Virus record (IMG/VR): IMGVR_UViG_3300033232_000045
Location: 1 to 64,000 of that record
Reading direction: 5' to 3' (one strand)
Origin: a virus
Length of the DNA: 64,000 nt
Below the pieces are notes generated by a model. That model worked only from the letters and a program-made list of their open reading frames with translations, searched no databases and was not told where the DNA came from. A program made the translations under genes and the position numbers. Shown here piece after piece: positions 43,998 to 52,871 of the stretch. The stretch's first letter is position 1. Each line of letters begins with the position of its first letter.

Positions 43998-44015
43998 TAA
44001 GTCATTGCTGACTAT
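43998..44015 (+). promoter_or_regulatory. TAAGTCA-N4-TGAYTTA motif copy overlapping a perfect -10 TATAAT
   Basis: TAAGTCATTGCTGACTAT; TATAAT at 44013-44018. Confidence 0.6.
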
Positions 44016-44063
44016 AATGTCGCAATAGCAGTAAGTTTTCGATTTTTCCAAGAGGAGGTAGAC

Positions 44064-44510
44064 GTGAGCAGTTTTTCCAACCCAGACCAAGAGCGTGTAA
44101 ATCAGATTCGCGAGGCGTCCCGCATGGGTGAGCCGGAAGGAGGGGAGCGCCCTACCCTGAGCGTTCCGCGTCCGCGTCCAAAGACTGTGGTCAATAACGC
44201 CCGCAACAGCGACCGTAACAATGACCGCGACAACGCCCGTCGCCCTTCGGCGCCCCGCGCCAAACACACCCCGAAGGGGCATGACGCGAAGCTGAAGGCG
44301 TGGCAAGCGGAGAGCCGCGAGGTCGTTGTCGGGCTGATTTTCGGCGTCAGCGAGACGGTTGATACTCATACCGGGAGGATCGTCGATTCGGATCGCTACA
44401 CAATCACCCTGCGCTTCAGCACCGGCGCTGACGCGCTGATCTACAAGCATGCCATTGCATGCATCTACCCGCAGCCCGAGTGCTGTGCGCCAGCAGGTAT
44501 GACGCAATGA
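44064..44510 (+). CDS. Sm/Hfq-like protein with basic disordered N-terminal extension
   Basis: GTG start 6 nt after AGGAGG; C-terminal VVVGLIFG...GRIVDSDRYTITLRF...ALIYKHAIACIYP parallels Hfq Sm1/Sm2 (YKHAI). Confidence 0.6.
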   Translation: MSSFSNPDQERVNQIREASRMGEPEGGERPTLSVPRPRPKTVVNNARNSDRNNDRDNARRPSAPRAKHTPKGHDAKLKAWQAESREVVVGLIFGVSETVDTHTGRIVDSDRYTITLRFSTGADALIYKHAIACIYPQPECCAPAGMTQ

Positions 44511-45928
44511 GCGAGACAGTGGAGGCAGCGGTCACTGAAATGATCGCCACCTCATTCGGTGGAGAGCATGCCTCCCCCGCCGACCCCGCCGACCCCGCCG
44601 ACCCCATTGAGCCGGCGGAAGAGTCGCACTTTGATTTCGACGAGGAGTTCCAGACCAAAATCGCAGCGCTCGCGATCCGCGATCAACTGTTTGCGAAACG
44701 CACGGAAGGGCTGCTGCGTCCCGAATACTTCGAGAACATCGCGGAAGCGGCGCTGGTCAATATCTCGCTGCGCTATTTCGCGAAATACAAGAAGACGCCG
44801 GATCAAGTTACGTTTCTGAACCTGCTGAAAGAAGACATCAAGGCAAATATCGTTCGCAAGGACATGGTCGAGGAGGCGAAGAACGTCTTTAAGCGCATCT
44901 ATCAGGCGGACATTGCCGACCGCGACTACGTGATTGATCAGGTCGGCGAGTTCGCCCGCTACCAGGCGGTCGGTCAGGAAATTCTGAAGGCGGTAGATTC
45001 GCTTGGTAAGGGCAACTTTAGCGCCATCGAGAAGGGCTTGAAGGCTGCGCTACAGGTTGGCGCCAAGCAGGAGGAGGCGACCTACGACTACTTCGCCCGC
45101 ATCGTCGAGCGTACCCAGGACCGGCGCGACACTATCTCGGGCGTCAAGAAGCCGAACGGTATCACCACGGGCATCAAGGCGATCGATGACCGACTCATGC
45201 ACAAGGGCTGGGGCCGGCGCGAGCTCAGCTCCATCCTCGGTGGGGCGAAGGCGGGCAAGACGACCGGCCTGATCAACTTTGCAAAGGCCGCATCCCTTGC
45301 CGGCCACAACGCGCTGTACGCGACCCTCGAAGTCTCCGCGCCGATCATTTCGACGCGTCTTGACGCCTCGATATCCGGTCACATCATGGATGAGCTGGCG
45401 GCGAACCTCAATGACGTTGACGAGCGGGTCAAGGCGCTGCATGAGCGCGCCGGCAAGCTGAACATCGTCGAGTACCCCACCGGCACGCTGCGTCCCGCAG
45501 ACCTGCGTCGGCTGCTCGATATGCACCTGGCGGCAGGGACAAAGTACGACATTGTAGTGGTCGATTACGCCGACATCATGGCGCCCGACATGCGCTCACA
45601 GGATGGCATCGAGAACTCTAAGTCGATCTATGAAGGCTTGCGCGCCATCGCGCAGGAGTACGACCTTGCCATGCTGACCGCAACGCAGACCAACCGAGAG
45701 GGCTTCAAGTCCAGCGTGGCGAAGGCGGAGCACGTCGCGGAAGACTTCAACAAGGTGCGGATCGTTGACCTGATGATTTCGATCAACAAAACTGAAGAGG
45801 AGATGGAGCGCAATGAGGCACGCCTGTTCTTCGCCGCATCGCGGAACCAGCGCGGTGCATTCACCCTGCGCATCCAGCAGAACCTCGAATGTATGCGCTT
45901 CGTGACCAAGGTACTTGGAATCGAATAA
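44507..45928 (+). CDS. dnaB: DnaB-type replicative helicase
   Basis: Start at the ATG overlapping the upstream stop; Walker A GGAKAGKTT, Walker B VVVDYADIM, TATQTNREG. Confidence 0.85.
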   Translation: MSETVEAAVTEMIATSFGGEHASPADPADPADPIEPAEESHFDFDEEFQTKIAALAIRDQLFAKRTEGLLRPEYFENIAEAALVNISLRYFAKYKKTPDQVTFLNLLKEDIKANIVRKDMVEEAKNVFKRIYQADIADRDYVIDQVGEFARYQAVGQEILKAVDSLGKGNFSAIEKGLKAALQVGAKQEEATYDYFARIVERTQDRRDTISGVKKPNGITTGIKAIDDRLMHKGWGRRELSSILGGAKAGKTTGLINFAKAASLAGHNALYATLEVSAPIISTRLDASISGHIMDELAANLNDVDERVKALHERAGKLNIVEYPTGTLRPADLRRLLDMHLAAGTKYDIVVVDYADIMAPDMRSQDGIENSKSIYEGLRAIAQEYDLAMLTATQTNREGFKSSVAKAEHVAEDFNKVRIVDLMISINKTEEEMERNEARLFFAASRNQRGAFTLRIQQNLECMRFVTKVLGIE

Positions 45929-45930
45929 GA

Positions 45931-47061
45931 ATGGCACATGACGGCACTCTCAAAGAGATTCTGGATACGATCGATGTCGAGTCGTACTTGGACCGCGAGG
46001 CGATCGATTACCGCCACACGCGGGGCAGCTCTGGCGAGCAGCTGAACGTCAGGGAGTGCCCGGTGTGCGGCGGCAATGCCTGGAAGGTGTTTATCAACGC
46101 CGACACGGGGCTCGGCAACTGCTTTCATGGATCATGCGGCGAAAAGTTCAACAAGTACAAGTTCATTCGCGCTCACATCGGCAGCCCGACCAATGCGAAG
46201 ACTTTCGAGCATATCAAGCAGGTTGCGCGGGAGCAGGGATGGCGCGCACCACGCAAGCATTCCAGCGCGGTCAATCTGACGCCTGGAGCGCTTAAGCTGC
46301 CCGAGTCGATGCAATTTCCAATCAAGGGGCAGAATCTGTCCTACCTGGCGAACCGGGGCGTATCGGTTGGGGTGGCGCAATACTTTAACTTGCGCTACTC
46401 GCACACTGGCAGGTTCTGGTACAAGGCGGACGGCAAGAATCGCGCTCAGTCGTATGAGCGCAGGATACTCATTCCAATCTTCGACCTCGATGGCAAGCTG
46501 GTTTCATTTCAGGGGCGCGACATCACCGGCGCTGCCGAAAAGAAGTACCTGTTCCCGCCCGAGTATTCCTCGACCGGCAGGTATCTCTACAACGGTCACA
46601 ATGCGCTCGGCGCGAAGCGGGTAGTGGTGGGGGAGGGTGCGTTCGACGTGATCGCCACCAAGATCGCGCTCGACGAGGACATGACGCTGCGCGACGTGGT
46701 GCCAGTTGGAACCTTCGGCAAGCACCTGTCGTACGGCGACCCCAACGGTGGCGACCAGCTCGGCGCATTCATCCGACTGCGCGATGCGGGCCTGGAGGAA
46801 GTCACCTTCATGTGGGACGGCGAGGCCCAGGCGGCGAAAGATGCGATTGCGGCCGCGCTGCGCTTGCGTCAGATCGGCCTGAAGACGAGGCTTGCGCTGC
46901 TGCCGGCGGGTAAAGACCCGAACGAGGTGCCGACCATCGAGGTCAGGAAGGCGTACTGGTCGGCAAAGCCCATCATCAAGTCGGAAGTCACCAAGCTGCT
47001 GCTGGCGATCGAGACGGGCAAGCTATACCCGGCGAAGAGAGATTCCGATGTCGGTTCCTAA
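45931..47061 (+). CDS. DNA primase (zinc finger plus Toprim)
   Basis: CPVCGGNAWKVF...GNCFHGSCG zinc-binding; Toprim VVVGEGAFDV ... WDGEAQA. Confidence 0.8.
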   Translation: MAHDGTLKEILDTIDVESYLDREAIDYRHTRGSSGEQLNVRECPVCGGNAWKVFINADTGLGNCFHGSCGEKFNKYKFIRAHIGSPTNAKTFEHIKQVAREQGWRAPRKHSSAVNLTPGALKLPESMQFPIKGQNLSYLANRGVSVGVAQYFNLRYSHTGRFWYKADGKNRAQSYERRILIPIFDLDGKLVSFQGRDITGAAEKKYLFPPEYSSTGRYLYNGHNALGAKRVVVGEGAFDVIATKIALDEDMTLRDVVPVGTFGKHLSYGDPNGGDQLGAFIRLRDAGLEEVTFMWDGEAQAAKDAIAAALRLRQIGLKTRLALLPAGKDPNEVPTIEVRKAYWSAKPIIKSEVTKLLLAIETGKLYPAKRDSDVGS

Positions 47062-47551
47062 GGGTGAGCGCTACAGTGTCGCTATCAGTGGTAGACAAGC
47101 AGGGAAAACACACATTATGACGTACGGACTTGAATACATCGAGCTACGGGTCACAACAGACGGACGCAACGCCTTTTACAAGATGGCGCTGGTCACGAAG
47201 CCGTCCGGCCTGACTGTGCTCATCAAGCAGTGGGGAAAGGTCGGCGCGAAGGGCCAGGTCAAGGTCGAGAACGGCAGCTCCGCGCTGTCGCGCAATGAGC
47301 TCCGCGACATGGCCGAATCCAAGCGAAAGAGAGGCTATCACCGCGTCGATGCCAACGAAATGTTTGAAGTGGGAGATGCCAACCAAATCCACGATAAGCT
47401 GCTTACGTACGGGTTCAGCGCAAGCCCGTTCACAGCAAGCGAACGGGCTGACGCCTCGCCAATGGAAGAGCTGGACCACGATGCTCTTGCTGAATTTATG
47501 GACGGGCCAAGTGCAGAGCTCAAACGTCCTTCAGGCTGGGGCGACTGGTAA
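47048..47551 (+). CDS. WGR-domain protein
   Basis: YIELRV...NAFYKMALV...WGKVGAKGQ...KRKRGY WGR pattern; start uncertain (alternative ATG at 47117). Confidence 0.6.
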   Translation: MSVPKGERYSVAISGRQAGKTHIMTYGLEYIELRVTTDGRNAFYKMALVTKPSGLTVLIKQWGKVGAKGQVKVENGSSALSRNELRDMAESKRKRGYHRVDANEMFEVGDANQIHDKLLTYGFSASPFTASERADASPMEELDHDALAEFMDGPSAELKRPSGWGDW

Positions 47552-47566
47552 GTCATTCGTGAGTTG
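47549..47566 (+). promoter_or_regulatory. TAAGTCA-N4-TGAYTTA motif copy
   Basis: TAAGTCATTCGTGAGTTG; its TAA is the stop of the WGR gene. Confidence 0.6.
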
Positions 47567-47592
47567 CTGTTCCGACATCGCGTCGGTATCAT
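47564..47592 (+). promoter_or_regulatory. sigma70-like promoter TTGCTG-N17-TATCAT
   Basis: Abuts the motif copy; the spacer begins TTCCGA as in the promoter at 58134. Confidence 0.5.
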
Positions 47593-47618
47593 TCAGTTAT
47601 TGAGTCAAGGGGAGCACT

Positions 47619-48206
47619 ATGAACATTGACATTTCGCCCGAACTGCAGGAGGCGCGCAATCAGAAATTTCTAGTCACTGCGTCATGTGGCGGCGACAACG
47701 CCTTCTACCTGGGCCACTGCGGGGTCGTTGATCACCGTCCGCCCTACGCAATGTGCCTCAAACACATTGCGGATCGCAAGGAGGGGCGCCTGGACCCGCG
47801 CTGGGCAGCTTGCAGCGCTGCGGTCGGCAACAAGACCTGTGCCGCGCTCAAGCTGCGCAAGGAAGAGATCGCCGCAGATCAGGCGCTTTACTTCGTGCCG
47901 CGCTCCCGCGTTCAAGAGATGGCAGCCGAGCGCGACAGCGCGTCGAACGAGCGCTTCGCGCGCATAGCTGCAGGCGGCAAGCGCAGCGGGGGAAAGCCGC
48001 AGCGCAAGGCGGCAGAACCGAAACAGGAGTCGATCGGTGCGGCAATTGGGGAGGCCAACTGTTTTGCCGAAGCGATCACGCGGGCAGTTGCGGTCTCGAC
48101 GGCAATCGAGAAGCCTGTCGCCCCCAAGAAAGAGACTCCGGAAATCAAACCGCCCACGGGCGGCGGGCTGATGGCGCTCGCACGAGCAAGAAAAGCACAG
48201 CAGTAA
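47619..48206 (+). CDS. hypothetical protein, 195 aa, Cys-containing N-terminal domain and Lys/Ala-rich tail
   Basis: Track ORF with GGGGAG RBS. Confidence 0.6.
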   Translation: MNIDISPELQEARNQKFLVTASCGGDNAFYLGHCGVVDHRPPYAMCLKHIADRKEGRLDPRWAACSAAVGNKTCAALKLRKEEIAADQALYFVPRSRVQEMAAERDSASNERFARIAAGGKRSGGKPQRKAAEPKQESIGAAIGEANCFAEAITRAVAVSTAIEKPVAPKKETPEIKPPTGGGLMALARARKAQQ

Positions 48207-48233
48207 TCATTTTCAAACGAAGAGAGGAACACT

Positions 48234-49625
48234 ATGAATTCTGACCAAATTTTTGACCTGATCGAGCAAATCGCGGCGACTCCCAGTAAGAACGAGAAGA
48301 TCGTCATGCTTAAGGAAGGCTGTAAGTCCGACCACTTCAAGATGGTTCTCGCTGCGACCTATAATCCACTCGTGACTTACGGCATGGATAAAATGCCCGA
48401 GCGCCGCGATGACTTTGCCGGCGTCAAGCTGTTCGACGAGGATACCTACATCATCATCGACCATCTGGCGACCCGAGTGCTGACGGGTAACGGCGCCCGC
48501 GACACCGTCGCCGCCGAGCTCGGGATGCTGACCGAAAAGTCTGCCGAGCTGCTGAAGCGCATCCTGCGTAAAGACCTGCGCGCCGGCTTCTCCGAGTCGT
48601 CCTGCAACAAGGCGTACAAGGGGCTGGTTCCCGAATTCCCGTACATGCGCTGCAGCCTGCCAAAGGATGCAAAGCTGAAAGACTGGCCGTGGGAAACTGA
48701 TGGCGCCCTGTCGCAAGAGAAAGCTGACGGCATGTTTGCTAACCTCGATGTCGAGTCGACCGGCATCGTGCGCATCACCAGCCGTCAGGGCTCCGAATTC
48801 CCGCTGGGTCAGTTTGCCGATCTAGTGCAGGAGGCAAAGACCCGCCTGGTGCCCGACACGCAGACTCATGGTGAGTTGCTGGTGATGAAAGATGGCGAGA
48901 TTCTGCCCCGCGAAATCGGCAACGGCATTCTCAACAGTGTGCTCAGCGGCGGCGAATTCGGCCCTGGCGAAACCCCAATCTACAAGGTATGGGATTCGAT
49001 TCCGCTGTCTGCGGTGCAGCCGAAGGGGCGCTTCGAGACTCCGTACCGCACCCGACTGCGCGGCATGATCGTGGTGCTGCGTGATAACCCCGGTACGCTG
49101 ATCCAGATGATCGAAACCAAGCTGGTGAGGTCGCTTGCTGAAGCCTACCAGCATGCCGGCGAACTGATGAAGAAAGGCAAGGAGGGCACCATCGTTAAGC
49201 ACCCGCATGCCCACTGGCGCGATGGCACCAGTAAAGAGCAGGTCAAGCTCAAGCTGGAGTTCGAAGTGGACCTGCGCGTGGTCGCTATCGCTCCCGGCAA
49301 GGAGGGCACGAAGAATGAGGGCCGCGCCGGCGCCCTGACCTGCGAAACCGACTGCGGAAAGCTGCGGGTCGACGTGACGGTCAAGAACGAGGCGATGCGC
49401 GACCTTGTTGACGCGGACCCCGAAGACTGGATCGACCGCATCATCCCGGTCGTCGCCAACGAAATCATGACGCCGGGTGAGTCGAACGATCTGCACTCGC
49501 TGTTTCTGCCCCGCATGGCAGAGGCGAAGTACCGCCTCGACAAGGCCGACGCGGACACGCTCGACAAGGTGTTCGCAACGAAAGAGGCCGCGATTCTCGG
49601 TGCGGCCCTCAAAGCTGCAGCATAA
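48234..49625 (+). CDS. ATP-dependent DNA ligase
   Basis: Adenylation motif I EKADGM (KxDG), motif III HGELLV, motif IV EGTIVK, motif V VKLKLE. Confidence 0.85.
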   Translation: MNSDQIFDLIEQIAATPSKNEKIVMLKEGCKSDHFKMVLAATYNPLVTYGMDKMPERRDDFAGVKLFDEDTYIIIDHLATRVLTGNGARDTVAAELGMLTEKSAELLKRILRKDLRAGFSESSCNKAYKGLVPEFPYMRCSLPKDAKLKDWPWETDGALSQEKADGMFANLDVESTGIVRITSRQGSEFPLGQFADLVQEAKTRLVPDTQTHGELLVMKDGEILPREIGNGILNSVLSGGEFGPGETPIYKVWDSIPLSAVQPKGRFETPYRTRLRGMIVVLRDNPGTLIQMIETKLVRSLAEAYQHAGELMKKGKEGTIVKHPHAHWRDGTSKEQVKLKLEFEVDLRVVAIAPGKEGTKNEGRAGALTCETDCGKLRVDVTVKNEAMRDLVDADPEDWIDRIIPVVANEIMTPGESNDLHSLFLPRMAEAKYRLDKADADTLDKVFATKEAAILGAALKAAA

Positions 49626-49630
49626 GGAAG

Positions 49631-50278
49631 ATGAAGATGACGAAACCCCCAATTCTGGTCACGTTGACCGGCCCGTCGTGTGCGGGAAAGTCGCACCTGG
49701 AACGCCTGCTGAAGGAGCGCGGCTTTGTCTCGATCGTGTCTGTGACGACCCGCAAGCCTCGCGCCGGTGAAGTAAATGGGCAGCATTACCACTTTCTCAC
49801 TGATCACGAGTTCGCCGTGCTGGCGGGGGCGGGTGAGCTGGTCGAGAGCGTCGAGCTCAACTGCAACCGCTACGGCGTGACGAAGGAGGAAATACTGCGG
49901 GTGGCGGCGCTCGGTAAGCCGATCGTCGTCGTGGTCGAGCCGCATGGCGCCAAACAGTACCGACGCTTCACTGAAGAAGCCGGTTGGAACTTCGTGCCGA
50001 TCTTCATCAACAATCCGCCCGAGGTCATCGCGCGGCGCTTTCTCGAACGCTACACCTTTGACATCGAGGCGGGCAACTGCGGCGCGCTGGCGGGCCATCC
50101 TGCCCGTCTGGCAGCAATGATGACCGAAGAGCGTGGGTGGGTGAAAAACAGCTTCCTAGATGACTACGCCTTCGTGTTCGACCGATTCGATGACGAGTCA
50201 ACCTATCCGATCGTCAATTTCATCGTCAATCATGTTGAGCTGACGATGGCGCTCGCGGGCAACGAGGAGGCAGCATGA
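49631..50278 (+). CDS. guanylate-kinase-like nucleoside monophosphate kinase
   Basis: P-loop GPSCAGKS; TTRKPRAGEVNGQHYHF guanylate kinase signature; a second ATG at 49637 has better RBS spacing. Confidence 0.75.
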   Translation: MKMTKPPILVTLTGPSCAGKSHLERLLKERGFVSIVSVTTRKPRAGEVNGQHYHFLTDHEFAVLAGAGELVESVELNCNRYGVTKEEILRVAALGKPIVVVVEPHGAKQYRRFTEEAGWNFVPIFINNPPEVIARRFLERYTFDIEAGNCGALAGHPARLAAMMTEERGWVKNSFLDDYAFVFDRFDDESTYPIVNFIVNHVELTMALAGNEEAA

Positions 50279-50595
50279 CGACAGCATTCATTTTGAGCCT
50301 GGTGGTGCTGGCAGTAGTTGCGTTTTTGCAGAACATGGCGTTCACATGGGTCTCGCGCAGCCGCAACTCGGGCGACCCGAGCTACCACCGCTACGCCGCG
50401 CTGTCATCAAATGGCATCTGGTTCGTCACGACTCTGGTGATATGGAACCAGCTGTTCGGTGCGCTCACGCAGGGGGAGTGGTGGAAGATTGGCCTGACCG
50501 GGCTGGTTTACGTCGTGGCGACCACCGAAGGCTCCGTTCTGATGATGAAGTTTCTGCTCAAGACGGAGACGGGAAAGCGCAAGGTGGGCGCGTGA
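50275..50595 (+). CDS. membrane protein, 106 aa (about 3 TM helices)
   Basis: Track ORF; hydrophobic segments ILSLVVLAVVAFL, GIWFVTTLVIW, IGLTGLVYVVA. Confidence 0.55.
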   Translation: MTTAFILSLVVLAVVAFLQNMAFTWVSRSRNSGDPSYHRYAALSSNGIWFVTTLVIWNQLFGALTQGEWWKIGLTGLVYVVATTEGSVLMMKFLLKTETGKRKVGA

Positions 50596-50780
50596 GTCAG
50601 ACCAGCATGGACGAACTGAAGAAGACGATGCCCTGGCGGGAGGTAGTTCACCCCAATGGCGTTGTTCAGATGGTCGACGCACAAGGCCGGGAAGTGCCAA
50701 TCTTCGTCATGATGAGCTTTTTGACTACCGTCACGGCGCACATGGCACGCGAGCCCGCAGTCAAGACTAAACAGGCGTAA
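50592..50780 (+). CDS. hypothetical protein, about 60 aa
   Basis: ORF 50346-50780 trimmed to the GTG overlapping the upstream stop (alternative ATG at 50607). Confidence 0.4.
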   Translation: MSQTSMDELKKTMPWREVVHPNGVVQMVDAQGREVPIFVMMSFLTTVTAHMAREPAVKTKQA

Positions 50781-50814
50781 ATTCTTGGTGTATGCTTCCC
50801 CGAAAGGGGGAGCT

Positions 50815-51456
50815 ATGCCTGCACTACATCAAATCGGCAGCATTGAGACGCTGCTATCAAATTCTCCGCTGTCCACCTCGAAGCTGTGGTGGAGAGACAT
50901 CAATACCATCGCTGGACCCGAGCTGCACGCTTTTGTCGCCCGCATGGGCTACGAGGGCTACGGTCACGAGGCATGGAGCAACGTCGCAGTCGCGCAGGGA
51001 GAAGTACGCCGAGCGGCATGCAGGGGCGAAGTCGGTCCTGTCCCGATGCTGGAGTTCAGACTGCCAGGCGTCAGGATGACCACGGGTGAATTCCGTTCGC
51101 TACTCGCGCAGGTCTCCGTGCCGCGTCGCAAGGCGATTCTGTTCGCGCTCGAAACCGGGACGGACCTGAAAGACGTGCTGTCACTGCGCTGGCCCGCCGC
51201 GCTCAAGATAAACGTGACCGAACAGGCTCGATGGGTGCTGCTGGGCATGCCGCGCCACATCAGGAGCGACTTGGTGTTTTGGGAGTACAGCCGCAACGGC
51301 TCTCCGTTCCCGCTGGTCGGGCTTGCCGAGCAACTTGCCGGAATGACGCAGAACATGACGTGGAGCGGGCTCGTCGACTGCTACCGGCGGGCGATCCCCT
51401 ACGACTACGACGCCGAACTACGGGCGTTCAATGACGTGAGAATCCAGATAATTTAA
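50815..51456 (+). CDS. hypothetical protein, 213 aa
   Basis: ORF 50785-51456 trimmed to ATG 50815 with GGGGGAG RBS; weak integrase-like segment only (see rejected). Confidence 0.55.
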   Translation: MPALHQIGSIETLLSNSPLSTSKLWWRDINTIAGPELHAFVARMGYEGYGHEAWSNVAVAQGEVRRAACRGEVGPVPMLEFRLPGVRMTTGEFRSLLAQVSVPRRKAILFALETGTDLKDVLSLRWPAALKINVTEQARWVLLGMPRHIRSDLVFWEYSRNGSPFPLVGLAEQLAGMTQNMTWSGLVDCYRRAIPYDYDAELRAFNDVRIQII

Positions 51457-51473
51457 CATAATGCTTATTATGC

Positions 51474-51505
51474 GAAGTAAGCCTTTGATTTACAAGGGCT
51501 TCTTC
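51474..51505. terminator. hairpin between convergent genes (putative bidirectional terminator)
   Basis: gaagtaagcctttg-attta-caagggcttcttc, imperfect stem. Confidence 0.45.
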
Positions 51506-51753
51506 GTCATGCTCTGGAACATCATGGCGACCATGTCGTTGACCTCGCCGACGACATTCCCCCAAATCAGCAGCTCGTCCTCAAACTCGACTACGCTGCG
51601 ATGCGGCTCAAGACCCTTCTTTTCCTCTAAGGCAATCTCGAACTGATTGCGGTCGTCGCGGTATTTATTCCAGCGCCGGTCGGCCTCCTCATCGCTCAGG
51701 TTGAGAAAAATCTGATGAGTGTCGCCAACGGTGTAGATGATTGCCCGGTTCAT
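51490..51753 (-). CDS. hypothetical protein, 87 aa
   Basis: Track ORF, last gene of the minus-strand block. Confidence 0.5.
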   Translation of the reverse strand: MNRAIIYTVGDTHQIFLNLSDEEADRRWNKYRDDRNQFEIALEEKKGLEPHRSVVEFEDELLIWGNVVGEVNDMVAMMFQSMTKKPL

Positions 51754-52448
51754 GCCACCTCCTGCAAGGTCTGTTTCTTCAAGTATTCGCGTAGTCTGGA
51801 TACGGTGCCAGGCAGCAGCCTCAACTTAGAGGCGTCAATGCTCTTGACCAAGTCAGTATGTCCGTGCGCAACCCAATCGGTCATGCAGATGACCGCGTCC
51901 GATGTCCTGGTGAGACTTTTCAATGTGTGCGGGCTTTCGTCCTTCCAGAAGCGAAGGTCGAATGTAGAACCGAACTCCGATGCGATCTGATTCTGCTGTG
52001 CCGGTAGTAGACCTACGATTACGAGCTTGGGAGGGCGCTTTCTGGGCGTCGTAGAGGTCGCGGGTAAGGTTGGGGTAGCAACAGTCGCACTGGCACGCTG
52101 TAGGGCGATTCTGAGGGCTTCCGAGAACACTTCTGCGAACGCCGCTCCGATCGCTTCTGCGAGCTCTTCGATTTTGCTGTCTGGAGACGGTTTTGGCAGC
52201 GGCGGCGGAAGCTCTGCCGCCCTCTTCTCCCCATCCAGTCGTGCTGACAGGACTTCACGAGTCAACTTCGAGAGCTGCGCAACTGCGGAAGAATAGAGAA
52301 CTCGCCGGCGATGTGTCGGCAGAATGGACTGCGCATCGTGCAGCAGACTCTTCATGGTCAAGCCTGGGCGCTCTTGAACCATCTTTGCCGCTTGCTCCGC
52401 AACCGTGCGCTCCTCCTCCTTCGTCCAGAAAATCTTTGTCTTAGCCAT
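51750..52448 (-). CDS. hypothetical protein with DUF2325-like C-terminal domain (putative)
   Basis: 232 aa; C-terminal KLVIVGLLP...DAVICMTDWVAHGHTDLVK resembles the DUF2325 pattern (from memory). Confidence 0.5.
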   Translation of the reverse strand: MAKTKIFWTKEEERTVAEQAAKMVQERPGLTMKSLLHDAQSILPTHRRRVLYSSAVAQLSKLTREVLSARLDGEKRAAELPPPLPKPSPDSKIEELAEAIGAAFAEVFSEALRIALQRASATVATPTLPATSTTPRKRPPKLVIVGLLPAQQNQIASEFGSTFDLRFWKDESPHTLKSLTRTSDAVICMTDWVAHGHTDLVKSIDASKLRLLPGTVSRLREYLKKQTLQEVA

Positions 52449-52653
52449 TCTTCTTCGCCCCGAAACTATTCAAAAAACGTTGACGCCTGACATTCTGCTC
52501 GATGTCAGTACGCACGGCGCCTAGCCCTTCTTCGAGTAGGTACGACAGAACTTCCTCATTACTGGCATCGACGCCGAGCTCACTGAAGTTGCTCCTGACC
52601 TGCTCAATCTGGCTTTTGATTTCGTCCGGCACGGTACACATGATGAAAGCCAT
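52441..52653 (-). CDS. hypothetical protein, 70 aa
   Basis: ORF 52441-52830 trimmed to ATG 52653 (GGGGG RBS); the longer ORF would read through the iteron array. Confidence 0.5.
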   Translation of the reverse strand: MAFIMCTVPDEIKSQIEQVRSNFSELGVDASNEEVLSYLLEEGLGAVRTDIEQNVRRQRFLNSFGAKKNG

Positions 52654-52670
52654 ATTACCCCCTGAGAATG

Positions 52671-52868
52671 TGCCGCATCCATGCAGCACATACAAAACCT
52701 GAATCTTGTTTGATATATAGAATCTAGTTAGTGCCGCACCCATGCAGCATGAAACGCCCAATGTGCTGCACCCACGCGGCATATTGACCGCATCCATGCA
52801 GCACATTGCCGCTGGATATGCTGCACCCATGCAGCATGTGGATAATTATGTGCCGCACCCATGCAGCA
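52671..52868 (+). repeat. array of six 18-bp iterons TGCYGCA-YCCA-TGCAGCA, same orientation
   Basis: Copies start at 52671, 52732, 52764, 52786, 52819 and 52851 (spacings 61, 32, 22, 33, 32 bp); AT-rich tract 52690-52730 between copies 1 and 2. Confidence 0.85.
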
Positions 52869-52871
52869 CAT

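Noticed and set aside
50815-51456. Tyrosine integrase, from the segment MTTGEFRSLLAQV..RKAILFALETGTDLKDVLSLRW, which resembles the integrase LT.eE...TG.R..E...L.W block
   Set aside because: The conserved Arg of the TGxR box is Asp. No HxxR or catalytic Tyr region follows, and the protein is only 213 aa. The evidence is insufficient to call a recombinase.
52671-52868. The iteron array as a possible CRISPR array
   Set aside because: The repeats are only 18 bp with irregular 4-43 bp gaps. The spacers are partly AT-rich filler, there are no cas genes, and all copies sit between a wHTH gene and parA. An iteron or centromere interpretation fits better.
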